In this document: positions 8,673-18,284 of the stretch, one piece after another | Layout: each line of letters opens with the position of its first letter | Position numbering within the stretch: the first letter of the stretch is position 1 | Virus record (IMG/VR): IMGVR_UViG_3300035666_000007 | Span: 34,035 to 98,034 of that record | Source: a virus | Strand: one strand, 5' to 3' | Length of the DNA: 64,000 nucleotides | Notes under the pieces: model-generated | What the model was told of the DNA's origin: nothing | What the model saw: the letters and a program-made list of their open reading frames with translations, nothing else | Database searches by the model: none | Made by a program: the position numbers and the translations under genes

Positions 8673-9070
8673 GCTTTTGCCAATACTTTCGTTGGGCTGG
8701 TTTTTTTGAGCCTCGGATGGGCGGTGACAATTGTTTTTTGTTTTTCCTTGTTCCTCAGTTCTTGCTGTTCGGCGTGCATGGCCAAATGTTTCTCAAGTGC
8801 GTTCATGTGCGGGCACTTGCTTCCGACCTGATGTCGCTTGAAGTATTCGCGCAGATCTGCAAGTATTGCGAATTCGTATTCAGATCTTTCCGGCCCCCAG
8901 GTTCCATGTGTTTCGTTCAACTTGTGCAAGTCATACCATTCGCTGTCACTCAGGTATCTTCTCTTGGATGCCCAGAGTAGGTCGGAGAAATGTAGCTTTT
9001 GACTCCTTCTTTGTTCTTTTTCGGCCTTTGCTCGTTCCTTCGCTTCTCTGCGTGTTAAAAATGTTGCCAT
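8669..9070 (-). CDS. hypothetical basic protein
   Basis: 133 aa ORF. Confidence 0.6.
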   Translation of the reverse strand: MATFLTRREAKERAKAEKEQRRSQKLHFSDLLWASKRRYLSDSEWYDLHKLNETHGTWGPERSEYEFAILADLREYFKRHQVGSKCPHMNALEKHLAMHAEQQELRNKEKQKTIVTAHPRLKKTSPTKVLAKA

Positions 9071-9080
9071 GGTTTTCTGA

Positions 9081-9323
9081 TTAAAAAAGCGATAACTGTT
9101 TTCTGTTGCTGGAGTTCGTGGCTTTTGTTAGTGACCGAGTAGAGAGGTGGATGAGAGGAAAGATCCAGCTTTGCTCAATCGCATAAAGGGATTGGAGCCG
9201 GCAAATGAAATGCGGAACCTTTTGACCGCTGACCTTGCCGGTGACGATAAACTCGTTGTCGCCATGCCAGCGTGCGTAAACAGTCTCGCCGATTTCAATT
9301 TTCTGCGTGGATTTTCGAGTCAT
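9081..9323 (-). CDS. small SH3/KOW-like protein
   Basis: IEIGETVYARW...FIVTGK beta-strand pattern. Confidence 0.5.
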   Translation of the reverse strand: MTRKSTQKIEIGETVYARWHGDNEFIVTGKVSGQKVPHFICRLQSLYAIEQSWIFPLIHLSTRSLTKATNSSNRKQLSLF

Positions 9324-9451
9324 CTGACTGGTTCAATAGATAAAAGCAGCGTGTGAACTCCTTAAGTGTACGTGGGACCAATGGTCCTGTCAAGTGATCA
9401 ATCTTGTACTACGTCCAGTAGTCGCAAGTGTCACACTACTCATAAGCGTTT

Positions 9452-9736
9452 TTAATTTGTAAGGAGATTCTCGCAGGGCTTCATAATGCGCGACTTGGCC
9501 CCGGCCTGCTTGATGGTATATCCTTGTACGTGAATCCTCCACGCAGCGGCGCAGATGGCTGTTATCGACTGCTCCATTGGCTTCCTGTCTGTCTTGGAGA
9601 TGGCCATATGCTTGTCCTTGAGCAGCCATTCCAGTTGCTCCAGCTCTTCTGCTCCTTCTTGAAGTTTTTGCTTGGCCTTCAGATAGCAGTTGTGAATTTC
9701 TGCGTTGTCAGAAGAGGATGGGGTAAAGTCGAACAT
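9452..9736 (-). CDS. hypothetical protein
   Basis: 94 aa ORF. Confidence 0.5.
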   Translation of the reverse strand: MFDFTPSSSDNAEIHNCYLKAKQKLQEGAEELEQLEWLLKDKHMAISKTDRKPMEQSITAICAAAWRIHVQGYTIKQAGAKSRIMKPCENLLTN

Positions 9737-9893
9737 TGTTTTTTTTGATTTTTTTTACGGTTATTGATTCAGCTTTTGCGTGAAGCCCGTTAACAAGCTG
9801 CAGAGCCTCGACGATGTTTCCGCACTCAACAGTTGCGGCGATCGTCCTGTTTTCTAGGGTGGCTTCGTAGTGAAAAACCTGGATGGCGTGCAT
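9708..9893 (-). CDS. hypothetical protein
   Basis: 61 aa from ATG 9893; first gene of the leftward block. Confidence 0.45.
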   Translation of the reverse strand: MHAIQVFHYEATLENRTIAATVECGNIVEALQLVNGLHAKAESITVKKIKKNNVRLYPILF

Positions 9894-9941
9894 GGCTGAG
9901 ACGGCATGATTTAGTGTTGCTGGTAGCCCCCAAGCGTTGAG

Positions 9942-10463
9942 ATGGCCAGGAAGTACAGCCAGGATAAGCCATTTCCATACAAAATTCACGTTTTTGACAA
10001 GGAGACTTACGAGGGTGAGCTTCGGAGGCGGAAAGAGTCACGGGTGCGGATGGTCGTGGAAACGATTGCGTGGAAGCAAGGGGCCCTGCGCCGAATCAAG
10101 TTGCGGTTTGCCCACCAGATCTCAAAAATGAGACAGCAGATCAAGAGGCCATGGTACTGCTACTACACGGTTCATGGCTACGGTGCTTCAAGCGGCGGGG
10201 AGTTCATTTGCCCACAAACCTCCATGAGGGCCAGGCGGATAAAGCAGGATTATGCGTTTTTCTTTCGCCAATACTACGCGAAATGCGTCAAAACTTCGCT
10301 GGCGATTCTTGGTTGGCTTTCCGATTTGGAACCTTATGAGTACACCGTTGAACTGCATCATTATTTGCTTCGACTGGTTGTCGTTCAGTATCCATCAAAG
10401 CATTGGATAGAGAGGCATGAGCAGCATTGCCCAGAGGAATTTTCATGTTCGCTTGGGGCCTAG
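9942..10463 (+). CDS. hypothetical protein
   Basis: 173 aa ORF at the strand switch. Confidence 0.5.
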   Translation: MARKYSQDKPFPYKIHVFDKETYEGELRRRKESRVRMVVETIAWKQGALRRIKLRFAHQISKMRQQIKRPWYCYYTVHGYGASSGGEFICPQTSMRARRIKQDYAFFFRQYYAKCVKTSLAILGWLSDLEPYEYTVELHHYLLRLVVVQYPSKHWIERHEQHCPEEFSCSLGA

Positions 10464-10968
10464 TGGTTATCCCTACTTCAGCAAAACGCAAACAGTCAAT
10501 AGATTTGCGTTATGCAAGGAGTCCTTGCTGCATGAAAATGGCATCATTCTTAGATTCAAGAAGATTTACGGAAGTCTGCGCGATATTGAGCTTTGCGCAC
10601 TTACCGAGTTTGACTCGATTGAAGAATTATCCGATAGGTACGAAAGACTGAATTCGCTTGGATACGGAGGCGAATTTTTTAAGCCAGATACGGTTTCGTC
10701 ACCAGAAGGAGGTCTATATCCATTTCTGAGAGTGAGAGGCAGGAAAAGGTATGAATTTATAGATTCTGGCTGTATTTGGATTGGCACAAAATTTGAGTAT
10801 CCGCGTGTGTTCGTGGATAATGAAATCGCCAACTGGTTCTGTCCATACTCTCCTGGCGGCGTTGTTCGCAGGGAGCCGTTTTTGCCATACGCAAAAGCTA
10901 TACAAATAATGCCGCGACTGCTGAATAGGAACAGGTATGCGGATCTCGATATTGATGGATTCATTTAG
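10417..10968 (+). CDS. hypothetical protein
   Basis: 183 aa; overlaps the previous ORF by 47 bp. Confidence 0.55.
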   Translation: MSSIAQRNFHVRLGPSGYPYFSKTQTVNRFALCKESLLHENGIILRFKKIYGSLRDIELCALTEFDSIEELSDRYERLNSLGYGGEFFKPDTVSSPEGGLYPFLRVRGRKRYEFIDSGCIWIGTKFEYPRVFVDNEIANWFCPYSPGGVVRREPFLPYAKAIQIMPRLLNRNRYADLDIDGFI

Positions 10969-11055
10969 CTCTTTGGAGCTTGTGAGTGGCCAGCAGCGGG
11001 CGATGGTTCCGAGGGATTGCCGATACCGCCGACTCTCCGCCCTTGCGGAAGGCGT

Positions 11056-11104
11056 AAAATTACTTTTGTATTTCCTTGACAGGCGGGGCTATTAGTGTTA
11101 CTAT
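11056..11104 (+). promoter_or_regulatory. early sigma70-type promoter P1
   Basis: UP-like AAAATTACTTTTGTATTTCC, TTGACA 11076-81, 17 bp, TG-T-TACTAT. Confidence 0.85.
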
Positions 11105-11132
11105 TAAATAGTAAATCAGCTCATCCAGCTAA

Positions 11133-11576
11133 ATGAATCAAGTGGTTGCACCTTATTCGTTTCAGGAAACAATCAAGATTGAACCTCGCAATAAAACCCT
11201 GCATGAGCAAATGTGCTTTATTGCTGACGAAGTTGTTCGCCATAACTTTTCAGACGTGGCTGTTCATGACGCAAGGATTCTGCGTCGCATGAAGCGAGGG
11301 GAAGTGAGGCTTTGGATCGTTAGCGAGCTTGGCAGTCAGTTTTTGCCAATGTATTGCCGCTTGACCGAAGTCGCTCGACAAGGCGATTACGAGTATGTGT
11401 TGTCGGCAGTCGAGGTAACAATTATGCGCCTTCTTCAGAGTGACCCGTTGAGCATGGCGCGTCAAAAGCAGTTTTTTGATACGGCAAGATTTTATTTTGT
11501 CACCAAAGGCGTTGGCGCTTGCGATGGTTCGATTGAATCTGCTAGCTTTTGTGACGTTGTCAACCTCGTGCGCTGA
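11133..11576 (+). CDS. early hypothetical protein
   Basis: 147 aa, first gene after P1. Confidence 0.7.
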   Translation: MNQVVAPYSFQETIKIEPRNKTLHEQMCFIADEVVRHNFSDVAVHDARILRRMKRGEVRLWIVSELGSQFLPMYCRLTEVARQGDYEYVLSAVEVTIMRLLQSDPLSMARQKQFFDTARFYFVTKGVGACDGSIESASFCDVVNLVR

Positions 11577-11639
11577 GGCGGCGGAGGCTTTCTTCTGAAC
11601 CGCCAGACAGGTTTTTGCAGTGTTAGTTTACCTTGAATC

Positions 11640-11939
11640 ATGAAAACTCCAGAGCTTTATGTTTATGAGCTGCAGCTGCTTCTTTATTCCCTTCAACTTG
11701 ATTCCAGCATAATTGAGCAAAAAACGCTAAAAGATCTGAGAAGATCGGAAAGGTGGGCTTTGCTTTGTTTCTGGAGAAGGCGAAGCATCGTGATGGCGGC
11801 TGCAATCAGAGCGGAAGCTGCCATGCAATCGCTGAAAGCGATAGCCGAGCTGCGAGATAAACTCCTGGAAAGCACAGGGGTTGACGAGGACATGCGCCCG
11901 ATCACTTTCAAACAAATGCTGAAATTCAATGACAAATGA
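11640..11939 (+). CDS. early hypothetical protein
   Basis: 99 aa. Confidence 0.6.
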   Translation: MKTPELYVYELQLLLYSLQLDSSIIEQKTLKDLRRSERWALLCFWRRRSIVMAAAIRAEAAMQSLKAIAELRDKLLESTGVDEDMRPITFKQMLKFNDK

Positions 11940-12258
11940 ACAATTGCTGATTGAAGAGTGCAGCAAGTTTGCTCTTTACATTGCAAACAAAGATGCAAAA
12001 ACATGGAATGATCTTTGTCGTGACCTGACAATTATCTGGAAGAAAAACTTAAACGATGAAAAGATTTTCGACTTTCTAGCCTTTGATCGCTGCCACAGGA
12101 CTGTTGGCGGAATGTCTGGTAAATACCTCCATTCCTGCTGCCCAGCAGAGTTGAAGAATTTGTTTTACCGAAACAATCGTGCCGTGATTGCGTTGACTTC
12201 GCAAGAGATCATGTTCAGGATCAAGGACGAGCTTAAGATTGGCAATTATTACGAATGA
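11929..12258 (+). CDS. early hypothetical protein
   Basis: 109 aa. Confidence 0.65.
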   Translation: MTNEQLLIEECSKFALYIANKDAKTWNDLCRDLTIIWKKNLNDEKIFDFLAFDRCHRTVGGMSGKYLHSCCPAELKNLFYRNNRAVIALTSQEIMFRIKDELKIGNYYE

Positions 12259-12683
12259 AATCACCCACAACAGCCCCAGTCGTTTGCATTGACAATCCAA
12301 TTCTTCGGTATATGACGGAAGCCTTGTTGTTTTCGTCTATCGTCGAGGATCAGTCGCTCAGCAAGAATTACAGCATCTGCGATATTGACCAAGGCTGCTT
12401 AAGCAGGCTGTATGCAGATTTTCAGCGGTTCATTGATAGATGTGAGTCGGAGATTACGGCAGCAATCGGGGGCGACTGGGAAAGTCTTGAAGCCTTTTAT
12501 CTTGGCATCCATCAGGAAGGATGCGTTGAAAGAGATTTTATTTATACCAGAAACCATGACGGAAGTGGATTTTGGGATACGGGTCGATGGGATCCTCGGG
12601 TTTCGCAGATTCTCTCCAACGCGGCGCATCGCTTTCCTCAGATTGAGTGCTTTGTAGGCGATGACAAAAAAATTTACTTTTGA
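12255..12683 (+). CDS. conserved early phage protein
   Basis: DFIYTRNHDGSGFWD motif (DFxxTRNxxGxGFWD family). Confidence 0.75.
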   Translation: MKSPTTAPVVCIDNPILRYMTEALLFSSIVEDQSLSKNYSICDIDQGCLSRLYADFQRFIDRCESEITAAIGGDWESLEAFYLGIHQEGCVERDFIYTRNHDGSGFWDTGRWDPRVSQILSNAAHRFPQIECFVGDDKKIYF

Positions 12684-12722
12684 TTGCGCCTAGTGCCGCC
12701 TTCTTGACCTTGCCTTAAGGCG

Positions 12723-12771
12723 GAAATTAGTTTTGTATTTCCTTGACAGCTGGCACCATTGGTGCTAATAT
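12723..12771 (+). promoter_or_regulatory. early promoter P2
   Basis: GAAATTAGTTTTGTATTTCC, TTGACA 12743-48, 17 bp, TG-C-TAATAT. Confidence 0.85.
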
Positions 12772-12830
12772 TGTAAATGCTGGGGAGTAACCCGCTCTCC
12801 TCGCCGATCACTTTTATTCATTCCAGAACC

Positions 12831-13229
12831 ATGGATTACGTCATGCCCGCACTTGTGGATCCGCGCCCACTTGATCCACCCGAAGAGAATTGGCCTGAAG
12901 CTCAGTCAGAGTGTATTGTTGACGGGCTTCATGGTATTTACGTTCCTCAGCAATTCTGTCAACGATACGAGAAAATTGATCGTATCAGTCAAGGGGACTG
13001 GGACAATTGCCTTGCCGGTCCAGACAACGAAAGCTACTGGGATTCATGGGATCAGATACTGAGCGACTGGACTTTTGAAGAAGCCGATGGCAATGGTGGA
13101 GTCTGGAAGATTTCCATTAAGCAAGATGGAGACCTGTTTCAGTGTCGAGAGTTCTTGCGTGCGGAAAAGCCGGACAGCTCTGATCCGGCTCTAGCTTCTT
13201 CGTCAGACGAAGAAACGCTCAGCTGCTGA
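12831..13229 (+). CDS. acidic conserved early phage protein
   Basis: GIYVPQQF...GPDNESYWDSWD...QDGDLF; ATG 12831 lies after the promoter leader. Confidence 0.75.
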   Translation: MDYVMPALVDPRPLDPPEENWPEAQSECIVDGLHGIYVPQQFCQRYEKIDRISQGDWDNCLAGPDNESYWDSWDQILSDWTFEEADGNGGVWKISIKQDGDLFQCREFLRAEKPDSSDPALASSSDEETLSC

Positions 13230-13285
13230 TACAGGCTCTTTCCCTTTAAGTGATTCCCCCCTTAAGCGATTCTTCCCCCCCACCA

Positions 13286-13594
13286 ATGAAAACGATCAAG
13301 GCCGCACTGATTGCCACGCTGGCATTTTCTTCGACCACGCTCTTTTCTGCACGCGCACTTGCTGGTCCCGTATGGGCTGACAGCGTTGCGCGTTCCCATT
13401 GCGAATATCTCGCGATGGGAATTGGCTGGAAAGAGTCAATGGACATGGCGTTCAGCGATAACTCCCACTGGGCGTCCGAAATCTCATCGGCTGGCAAAAA
13501 CTCAAGCAGGATTATTTTGTTTTCTATTTTCAATCGCTGCTTGGAAATGAACAACGAAGCCTTCAAGGTCTACCAAGGTAAATCTGTCATTTGA
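13286..13594 (+). CDS. putative secreted protein
   Basis: MKTIKAALIATLAF...ALA signal peptide; two Cys. Confidence 0.65.
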   Translation: MKTIKAALIATLAFSSTTLFSARALAGPVWADSVARSHCEYLAMGIGWKESMDMAFSDNSHWASEISSAGKNSSRIILFSIFNRCLEMNNEAFKVYQGKSVI

Positions 13595-13599
13595 CTATT

Positions 13600-13896
13600 A
13601 TGCCCCTTAGAAATACTGTCATTGCCTATTCACGGTTGAATGGTAGCAATCGTCAGCTTGGTTCGCTTGAAAAAGTTGAAGCCTTGAGGGATGAGCTGCA
13701 GTCTGTTCTTGCGGAAGATCAGCGGCAGCATGTAATGGATGAAGAATTGCTGGGGCTAAGCGATGCAATTGATGAATTTTGCAGCATCGTTGATGCCCAT
13801 GTGAACTTCGATCGAACACCTCATTTTTTGTATGATAACGATGGAGGTGAGCCAGGCGTTGGCGTGCGCAATGCAGCAGAGCGGTTAATTTCTTAA
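13600..13896 (+). CDS. acidic hypothetical protein
   Basis: 98 aa, LYDNDGGEP. Confidence 0.6.
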   Translation: MPLRNTVIAYSRLNGSNRQLGSLEKVEALRDELQSVLAEDQRQHVMDEELLGLSDAIDEFCSIVDAHVNFDRTPHFLYDNDGGEPGVGVRNAAERLIS

Positions 13897-13921
13897 AAAT
13901 TGTTCTTACTTGCTTTCAGCT

Positions 13922-14074
13922 ATGAATTCAAATGCTTCCCTGATTTTACTTGCGCTTGGCCTTCTTGTTTTATCCGCTGAAACCCTTATGCTTAGGCGAG
14001 ATGTTAAGCGCCTGACTGGGCGTCTTGATCGTGTCAAGCGATCATTCCCTTTCCGCTCCATGCCGAACAAGTAA
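13922..14074 (+). CDS. 50-aa membrane-anchored peptide (below the ORF-track cutoff)
   Basis: MNSNASLILLALGLLVLSAETLMLRR...; fills the gap between neighbours. Confidence 0.55.
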   Translation: MNSNASLILLALGLLVLSAETLMLRRDVKRLTGRLDRVKRSFPFRSMPNK

Positions 14075-14076
14075 AG

Positions 14077-14277
14077 ATGGACAAAAGTAGGAAGATCAGA
14101 ATTCTCTTGATGTCCCTCTCGTATATGTATAAGTATGGGGAGGCCTTTGTTGATCTGCTTAAGGATAGCTCTCAAGAGGAAAGCGCGAAAGCGTGGAAAA
14201 TCTTGAGAGAGCAAATCAAGGCAGTGCATTCCGAGCTGAAAGAAAAGCTCGATGGCGAGGCCAGGGCGCAGCCGTAG
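14077..14277 (+). CDS. hypothetical protein
   Basis: 66 aa. Confidence 0.55.
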   Translation: MDKSRKIRILLMSLSYMYKYGEAFVDLLKDSSQEESAKAWKILREQIKAVHSELKEKLDGEARAQP

Positions 14278-14433
14278 ATTGCGCTGAGACGCAGGCAGGG
14301 GCGGCTCCAAAGCGCCTCGGGGCAGGATTGGATATGGACAAGCCGTTTTTCGATTTGGCGGCTTGTGACGGCCTCACGGAGCACGCTTCTCTGCCGCAGT
14401 TGCGGAGTTCAATTTTCAACGTGTGAACAATCT

Positions 14434-14688
14434 ATGACAACAAAAAGCACTTCGCTTAGGATTGCGAGGATCACGGGATACTCTCGCAGGTTTCGGCTGC
14501 ATGGATACAAGAGCAGATATGTCAAGACGAAAAGCGGCGCCTGCATTTGTTCTCTTTGCTGCGAAAGTGACATCGAGAGATTTGCACTTGATGATTCCTG
14601 GCTAGTCGTCAGGGATGGAGTGAACAAGAGGGATCCATATTTGTTCTGCGACAATTGCCTAACAAGAATTGAAATTTTCCAACCTTAG
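14434..14688 (+). CDS. zinc-finger protein
   Basis: CSLC...LFCDNC. Confidence 0.6.
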   Translation: MTTKSTSLRIARITGYSRRFRLHGYKSRYVKTKSGACICSLCCESDIERFALDDSWLVVRDGVNKRDPYLFCDNCLTRIEIFQP

Positions 14689-14706
14689 GCACGGTTTAGC
14701 AGCGCA

Positions 14707-14755
14707 AAAATTAGTATCAGATAAGCTTGACAGCAGGCTAAATATATGAGATACT
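14707..14755 (+). promoter_or_regulatory. early promoter P3
   Basis: AAAATTAGTATCAGATAAGC, TTGACA 14727-32, 17 bp, TG-A-GATACT. Confidence 0.8.
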
Positions 14756-14805
14756 AAAGGTGTCGGTGAGCCGTGTGCTCGCTGGCGCCCCATCGCATTA
14801 GACGG

Positions 14806-15093
14806 ATGAACATCAATCAGGTAAGCAGTTTTAGGATTCAGACATCAGCCGACGATCTCGTTCGCATCTTTTGCCGCAATAATTTTGCGACAAGTGCAAA
14901 GGAGGAATTTGTCTTTGTGTGCCAAAATCGCAAAGGCGAGGAAAAGTATAAATTTTTTATCCTCGAATCAACGGCTGAGCTTTCATTGAGCAATGCGCTC
15001 AAGCTGCAAGAAAAGAATTCCGATCTTGTCCGTGTCGAAGTTACCAAATTGGAGACTGGCACTTCGTTCAATTACCCCCGTCCTTTTGTTTGA
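14806..15093 (+). CDS. early hypothetical protein
   Basis: 95 aa after the P3 leader hairpin. Confidence 0.6.
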   Translation: MNINQVSSFRIQTSADDLVRIFCRNNFATSAKEEFVFVCQNRKGEEKYKFFILESTAELSLSNALKLQEKNSDLVRVEVTKLETGTSFNYPRPFV

Positions 15094-15094
15094 T

Positions 15095-15346
15095 ATGGCT
15101 GACTATTGCGTCGTCACTCCTTACGGGTTTCCTGTGCTGGGAACAAAGGCAGAGATTATTGATCGCCTTTGCCATCCTAGATTTGACAACAGCATGAGGT
15201 TGATTTTCAAGTTTCCCGGCCATCAAGAGGTTGTCGCCCACAGTTACTCAAATGAGTTTTCTGCTCTTGAGGCGGCAAGCGATGCTGTCCATGTTTTATG
15301 GGCGAAATTGCCGGAGTATGGCTACAGAATCTACAAGGCTGTTTAG
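15095..15346 (+). CDS. early hypothetical protein
   Basis: 83 aa from ATG 15095. Confidence 0.6.
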   Translation: MADYCVVTPYGFPVLGTKAEIIDRLCHPRFDNSMRLIFKFPGHQEVVAHSYSNEFSALEAASDAVHVLWAKLPEYGYRIYKAV

Positions 15347-15386
15347 GCACTTTGCCTGATTTACTTGTTCTTTTTAATTTCCCGAC

Positions 15387-15566
15387 ATGAATCAAGATCA
15401 AAAAATTCAATTGGTTGAGAACATGCGTCGCTACGGCGGAAATTTTGTTAGCAAGCTTGCAGATGCGATGATTGCAGCAGATCCGCAAAACTTTCAGCGC
15501 ATTTGTGATGCTTTCCCTGAAATTGTCAAACGGTTTGAAAGACCATGGATTGCCATCAATGGCTAA
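15387..15566 (+). CDS. 59-aa conserved phage protein (below the ORF-track cutoff)
   Basis: MRRYGGNFVSKLADAMIAADPQNFQRICDAFPE motif. Confidence 0.75.
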   Translation: MNQDQKIQLVENMRRYGGNFVSKLADAMIAADPQNFQRICDAFPEIVKRFERPWIAING

Positions 15567-15594
15567 TTCTTAATTCGTTCAATCAGTCAAAACA

Positions 15595-15936
15595 ATGAGC
15601 ACTTTTACTTCCGAGAAGTCTCTTCTGGTTAGATCCTTTGTCGAAGGAGCCGTTCGAGACTTTGAGAACACGATTCAACTGCTAGCAGATCAGTATCGAA
15701 GCTCTTGCCTAATTCCGTTTTGCAAAAAGTACGGTGTTGAGTTTATCAGAGAAGCGAATGAGTATCAATTCTGCGGCAGCCGTCCGCCCTTTCTTTTCCG
15801 TGTTAAGCCGGAGTCAATAGACATTCCCGATTATCAAGAAATCTGCGCAGTTCTTAATCTTGAGATCAGCGCGCTGGGGCTCCCTCCGGTTGCGTTCTTG
15901 ACGTTTTTCGACAGCGTCAAAGCCGAACATCTTTGA
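15595..15936 (+). CDS. early hypothetical protein
   Basis: 113 aa. Confidence 0.6.
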   Translation: MSTFTSEKSLLVRSFVEGAVRDFENTIQLLADQYRSSCLIPFCKKYGVEFIREANEYQFCGSRPPFLFRVKPESIDIPDYQEICAVLNLEISALGLPPVAFLTFFDSVKAEHL

Positions 15937-15973
15937 ATAGCTTTTTAGTTTTTTTCTTTATCCAATCAGAACA

Positions 15974-16762
15974 ATGCTTAGTTTCCTTAAGTGTCAGCAG
16001 GCTATCGAATCTCAACTCAAGCGAGGCTTTGACAAGAAAAAGCTTGGACACAATACCTATCTTCGCAAGCTTACTCAGAACAGGTACGCGATTACGCTGC
16101 ACCAAACAGATATAATTGTAATCTCTGAGCGGAACGGTGAAACAATTTACTGTCTAAACAGTGGCGGCTACCGAACGGTTACAACCAAGGACAGGCTTAA
16201 TTCGCTGTCGCCTGCACGCATCTATCAGAAGCGCGGGGTTTGGTATCTGAGTGAAAACAACGACACGAAGAATGATATTCCCTACTTCGACTTTGTCGAA
16301 GTTGACGCCCGTGGCATGGTTGTCAATAAAGACTCGGTTCCGGCTGATCTTATCGAAAAGAGAAAATTACTTGATCGCCTGATCAATGAATACATTCGCG
16401 GCTTTGCAAAGGACGCTGTTGAAAACGGACTTCGCAAGCCCGAGACCGGGGACTGCTTGATGTGCCGTCTTTATCTTGACAACCAAGACAAAGATGACAT
16501 GGGGCACGTTTGTTGCCATTTGTACGAAAAATATTACACTCGCATCTTTTTGTATTACTGCCTGAAGATGCATGGATACAGCAATCCTGGATTTACCTGG
16601 GCTCTTATTGCCAAGCACTGCGAGAATGGGCGAGATGAAATGCTAAAGCGCGAGCTGCGTTATGGCTTCGCAAGAATAAAAGAGCGACTGCTTAATGTCT
16701 TTGACATTTCCGAATACAAAGCCGCTCAAGAGCGCTTGAGGGAGCCTGAACTTGTTGATTGA
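15974..16762 (+). CDS. conserved early phage protein
   Basis: LHQTDII...LNSGGYRTVTTKDRLN...IYQKRGVWY; C-terminal GDCLMC...H..CH. Confidence 0.75.
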   Translation: MLSFLKCQQAIESQLKRGFDKKKLGHNTYLRKLTQNRYAITLHQTDIIVISERNGETIYCLNSGGYRTVTTKDRLNSLSPARIYQKRGVWYLSENNDTKNDIPYFDFVEVDARGMVVNKDSVPADLIEKRKLLDRLINEYIRGFAKDAVENGLRKPETGDCLMCRLYLDNQDKDDMGHVCCHLYEKYYTRIFLYYCLKMHGYSNPGFTWALIAKHCENGRDEMLKRELRYGFARIKERLLNVFDISEYKAAQERLREPELVD

Positions 16763-16764
16763 TA

Positions 16765-16813
16765 AAAATTAAATTTGCTTTTGCTTGACAGCAGGTAAAA
16801 TATATGGTACTAT
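16765..16813 (+). promoter_or_regulatory. early promoter P4
   Basis: AAAATTAAATTTGCTTTTGC, TTGACA 16785-90, 17 bp, TG-G-TACTAT. Confidence 0.88.
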
Positions 16814-16873
16814 TAAGTATGCAAGCGCAGCCTGTGTGCCGCGCTTGTTTTTGTTCTTTTGCTCCTTAGATCA

Positions 16874-17062
16874 ATGGCAACTTACAAGACAATTCTTTTT
16901 CGGTTTGATGGGCCGGACAAGGTTCTTGACCGTGGGCTAACGCTTAAGAAAGCGAAAGAGATTTGCAGCGATCCTGATACGTCTTCTCGTACTTGCGAGA
17001 AAGCTGCAAACTTCAAGGCCTGGGGCGACGGTCCTTGGTTTGTCGGATACGAAAAAGAATAG
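16874..17062 (+). CDS. conserved small phage protein
   Basis: GLTLKKAKEICSDPDTSSRT...GPWFVGY. Confidence 0.75.
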   Translation: MATYKTILFRFDGPDKVLDRGLTLKKAKEICSDPDTSSRTCEKAANFKAWGDGPWFVGYEKE

Positions 17063-17096
17063 CTTGTCTTGATCGCAGTTTTTACAAATTAAATCA

Positions 17097-17501
17097 ATGA
17101 AAGCATTACGAATTGCCGAGCGCTTAAACATTTCTCTGTTTGACGCAAACATCGCCTTGAGCATTATTCGAGGCAGGACCAACCCAGAAAACTTCGCAAG
17201 GCGTTTCCCCCGCACTTACGGTTGGATCAATCAGTGCTATCACAAGCCACGAGCAAGCGAAATCGCACTTGAAGCCTTGAATGAATTGCTCGGTACGCAT
17301 GGAGTTGAAGTAATTCGCGACGAGCGATTTCATTGCCCCTTCGACAGTTACCTTGGAGACATTGTTGCGAGCTACCTAAACACCGGGGATGCTTACGCAA
17401 CAACGATTCTCTTGGATCACATTTCCAGCAAGTGGCGACTGATTAGTTGGGGCGATTTTGTGGAATCGCTTGACGCAAGGGCGGAGGAAGAAGATGTCTA
17501 G
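17097..17501 (+). CDS. conserved early phage protein
   Basis: HGVE...YLNTGDAYATT...SWGDFVE. Confidence 0.75.
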   Translation: MKALRIAERLNISLFDANIALSIIRGRTNPENFARRFPRTYGWINQCYHKPRASEIALEALNELLGTHGVEVIRDERFHCPFDSYLGDIVASYLNTGDAYATTILLDHISSKWRLISWGDFVESLDARAEEEDV

Positions 17502-17685
17502 TGTTGTTTTTGGTACGCTTAATGCCGCGAGATCAGAAAAGGCAAAACGTAAATATCCGCACGAAATCCTGAAGACAGAAAGACACGGGGACTCATGCCT
17601 TTATTCAGATGGCACAATTGTTCCCGCCCATCGCTGTACTTGCGGTGGCACCAAGCAGTTCATTTATTCACTGAGGCTTAAATGA
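17494..17685 (+). CDS. hypothetical protein
   Basis: 63 aa with Cys/His residues. Confidence 0.5.
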   Translation: MSSVVFGTLNAARSEKAKRKYPHEILKTERHGDSCLYSDGTIVPAHRCTCGGTKQFIYSLRLK

Positions 17686-18017
17686 CCAAGACTACCGCGA
17701 TCACGATTTCCGGTTCTTTTACTATTGACGCGCTTGCGGGCGTAAAAAGCTTTGAGCATCGGAAGATTTTGGACGGCGATCAGGTGCTAATCTATTTTGA
17801 AAATGGATACGGCGCAAGTGTCGCAAGGCATTCTTATTCGTATGGCGGCCTTGAGGGATTTTACGAGCTTGCCGTAATTACCAAGCCTGAGAGCGAGGGC
17901 GAGGAGTTCACAATAGACCACGATTCTGTAACTGGCTGGCTTAGCACGGCAGAAGTTATCAATAAACTCACGGAGATTCAAGCTTTCCAACCCATCAGGC
18001 AAAACACCGATGTCTAA
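17682..18017 (+). CDS. conserved phage protein
   Basis: FENGYGASV...SYGG..G.YELAVI...VTGWL. Confidence 0.8.
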   Translation: MTKTTAITISGSFTIDALAGVKSFEHRKILDGDQVLIYFENGYGASVARHSYSYGGLEGFYELAVITKPESEGEEFTIDHDSVTGWLSTAEVINKLTEIQAFQPIRQNTDV

Positions 18018-18279
18018 TTTTCAAGAATGTCCACGCGCTTACGCAATTGAGCTGGTCGAAGCGGGTCGCTGCGATGCAAAGCAGTTATTGCTTACTTGCC
18101 TAAGCCTTATGTCCGCACGCGATGTCAGGGACGCGCTTGATGACAACGAATTGTCGCCTCGCTTTTTGGATTCAGTCGATGACGGCGTGGATTCGTTCAG
18201 CGAGGATGAGATCGGCCCGGAGGAGCGCAATGCTTGCGATCACTACAACGAACGCTACACTTATCCTTGTAACGACTAA
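18010..18279 (+). CDS. acidic hypothetical protein
   Basis: 89 aa, LMSARDVRDALDDNEL. Confidence 0.65.
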   Translation: MSNFQECPRAYAIELVEAGRCDAKQLLLTCLSLMSARDVRDALDDNELSPRFLDSVDDGVDSFSEDEIGPEERNACDHYNERYTYPCND

Positions 18280-18284
18280 TCCTC

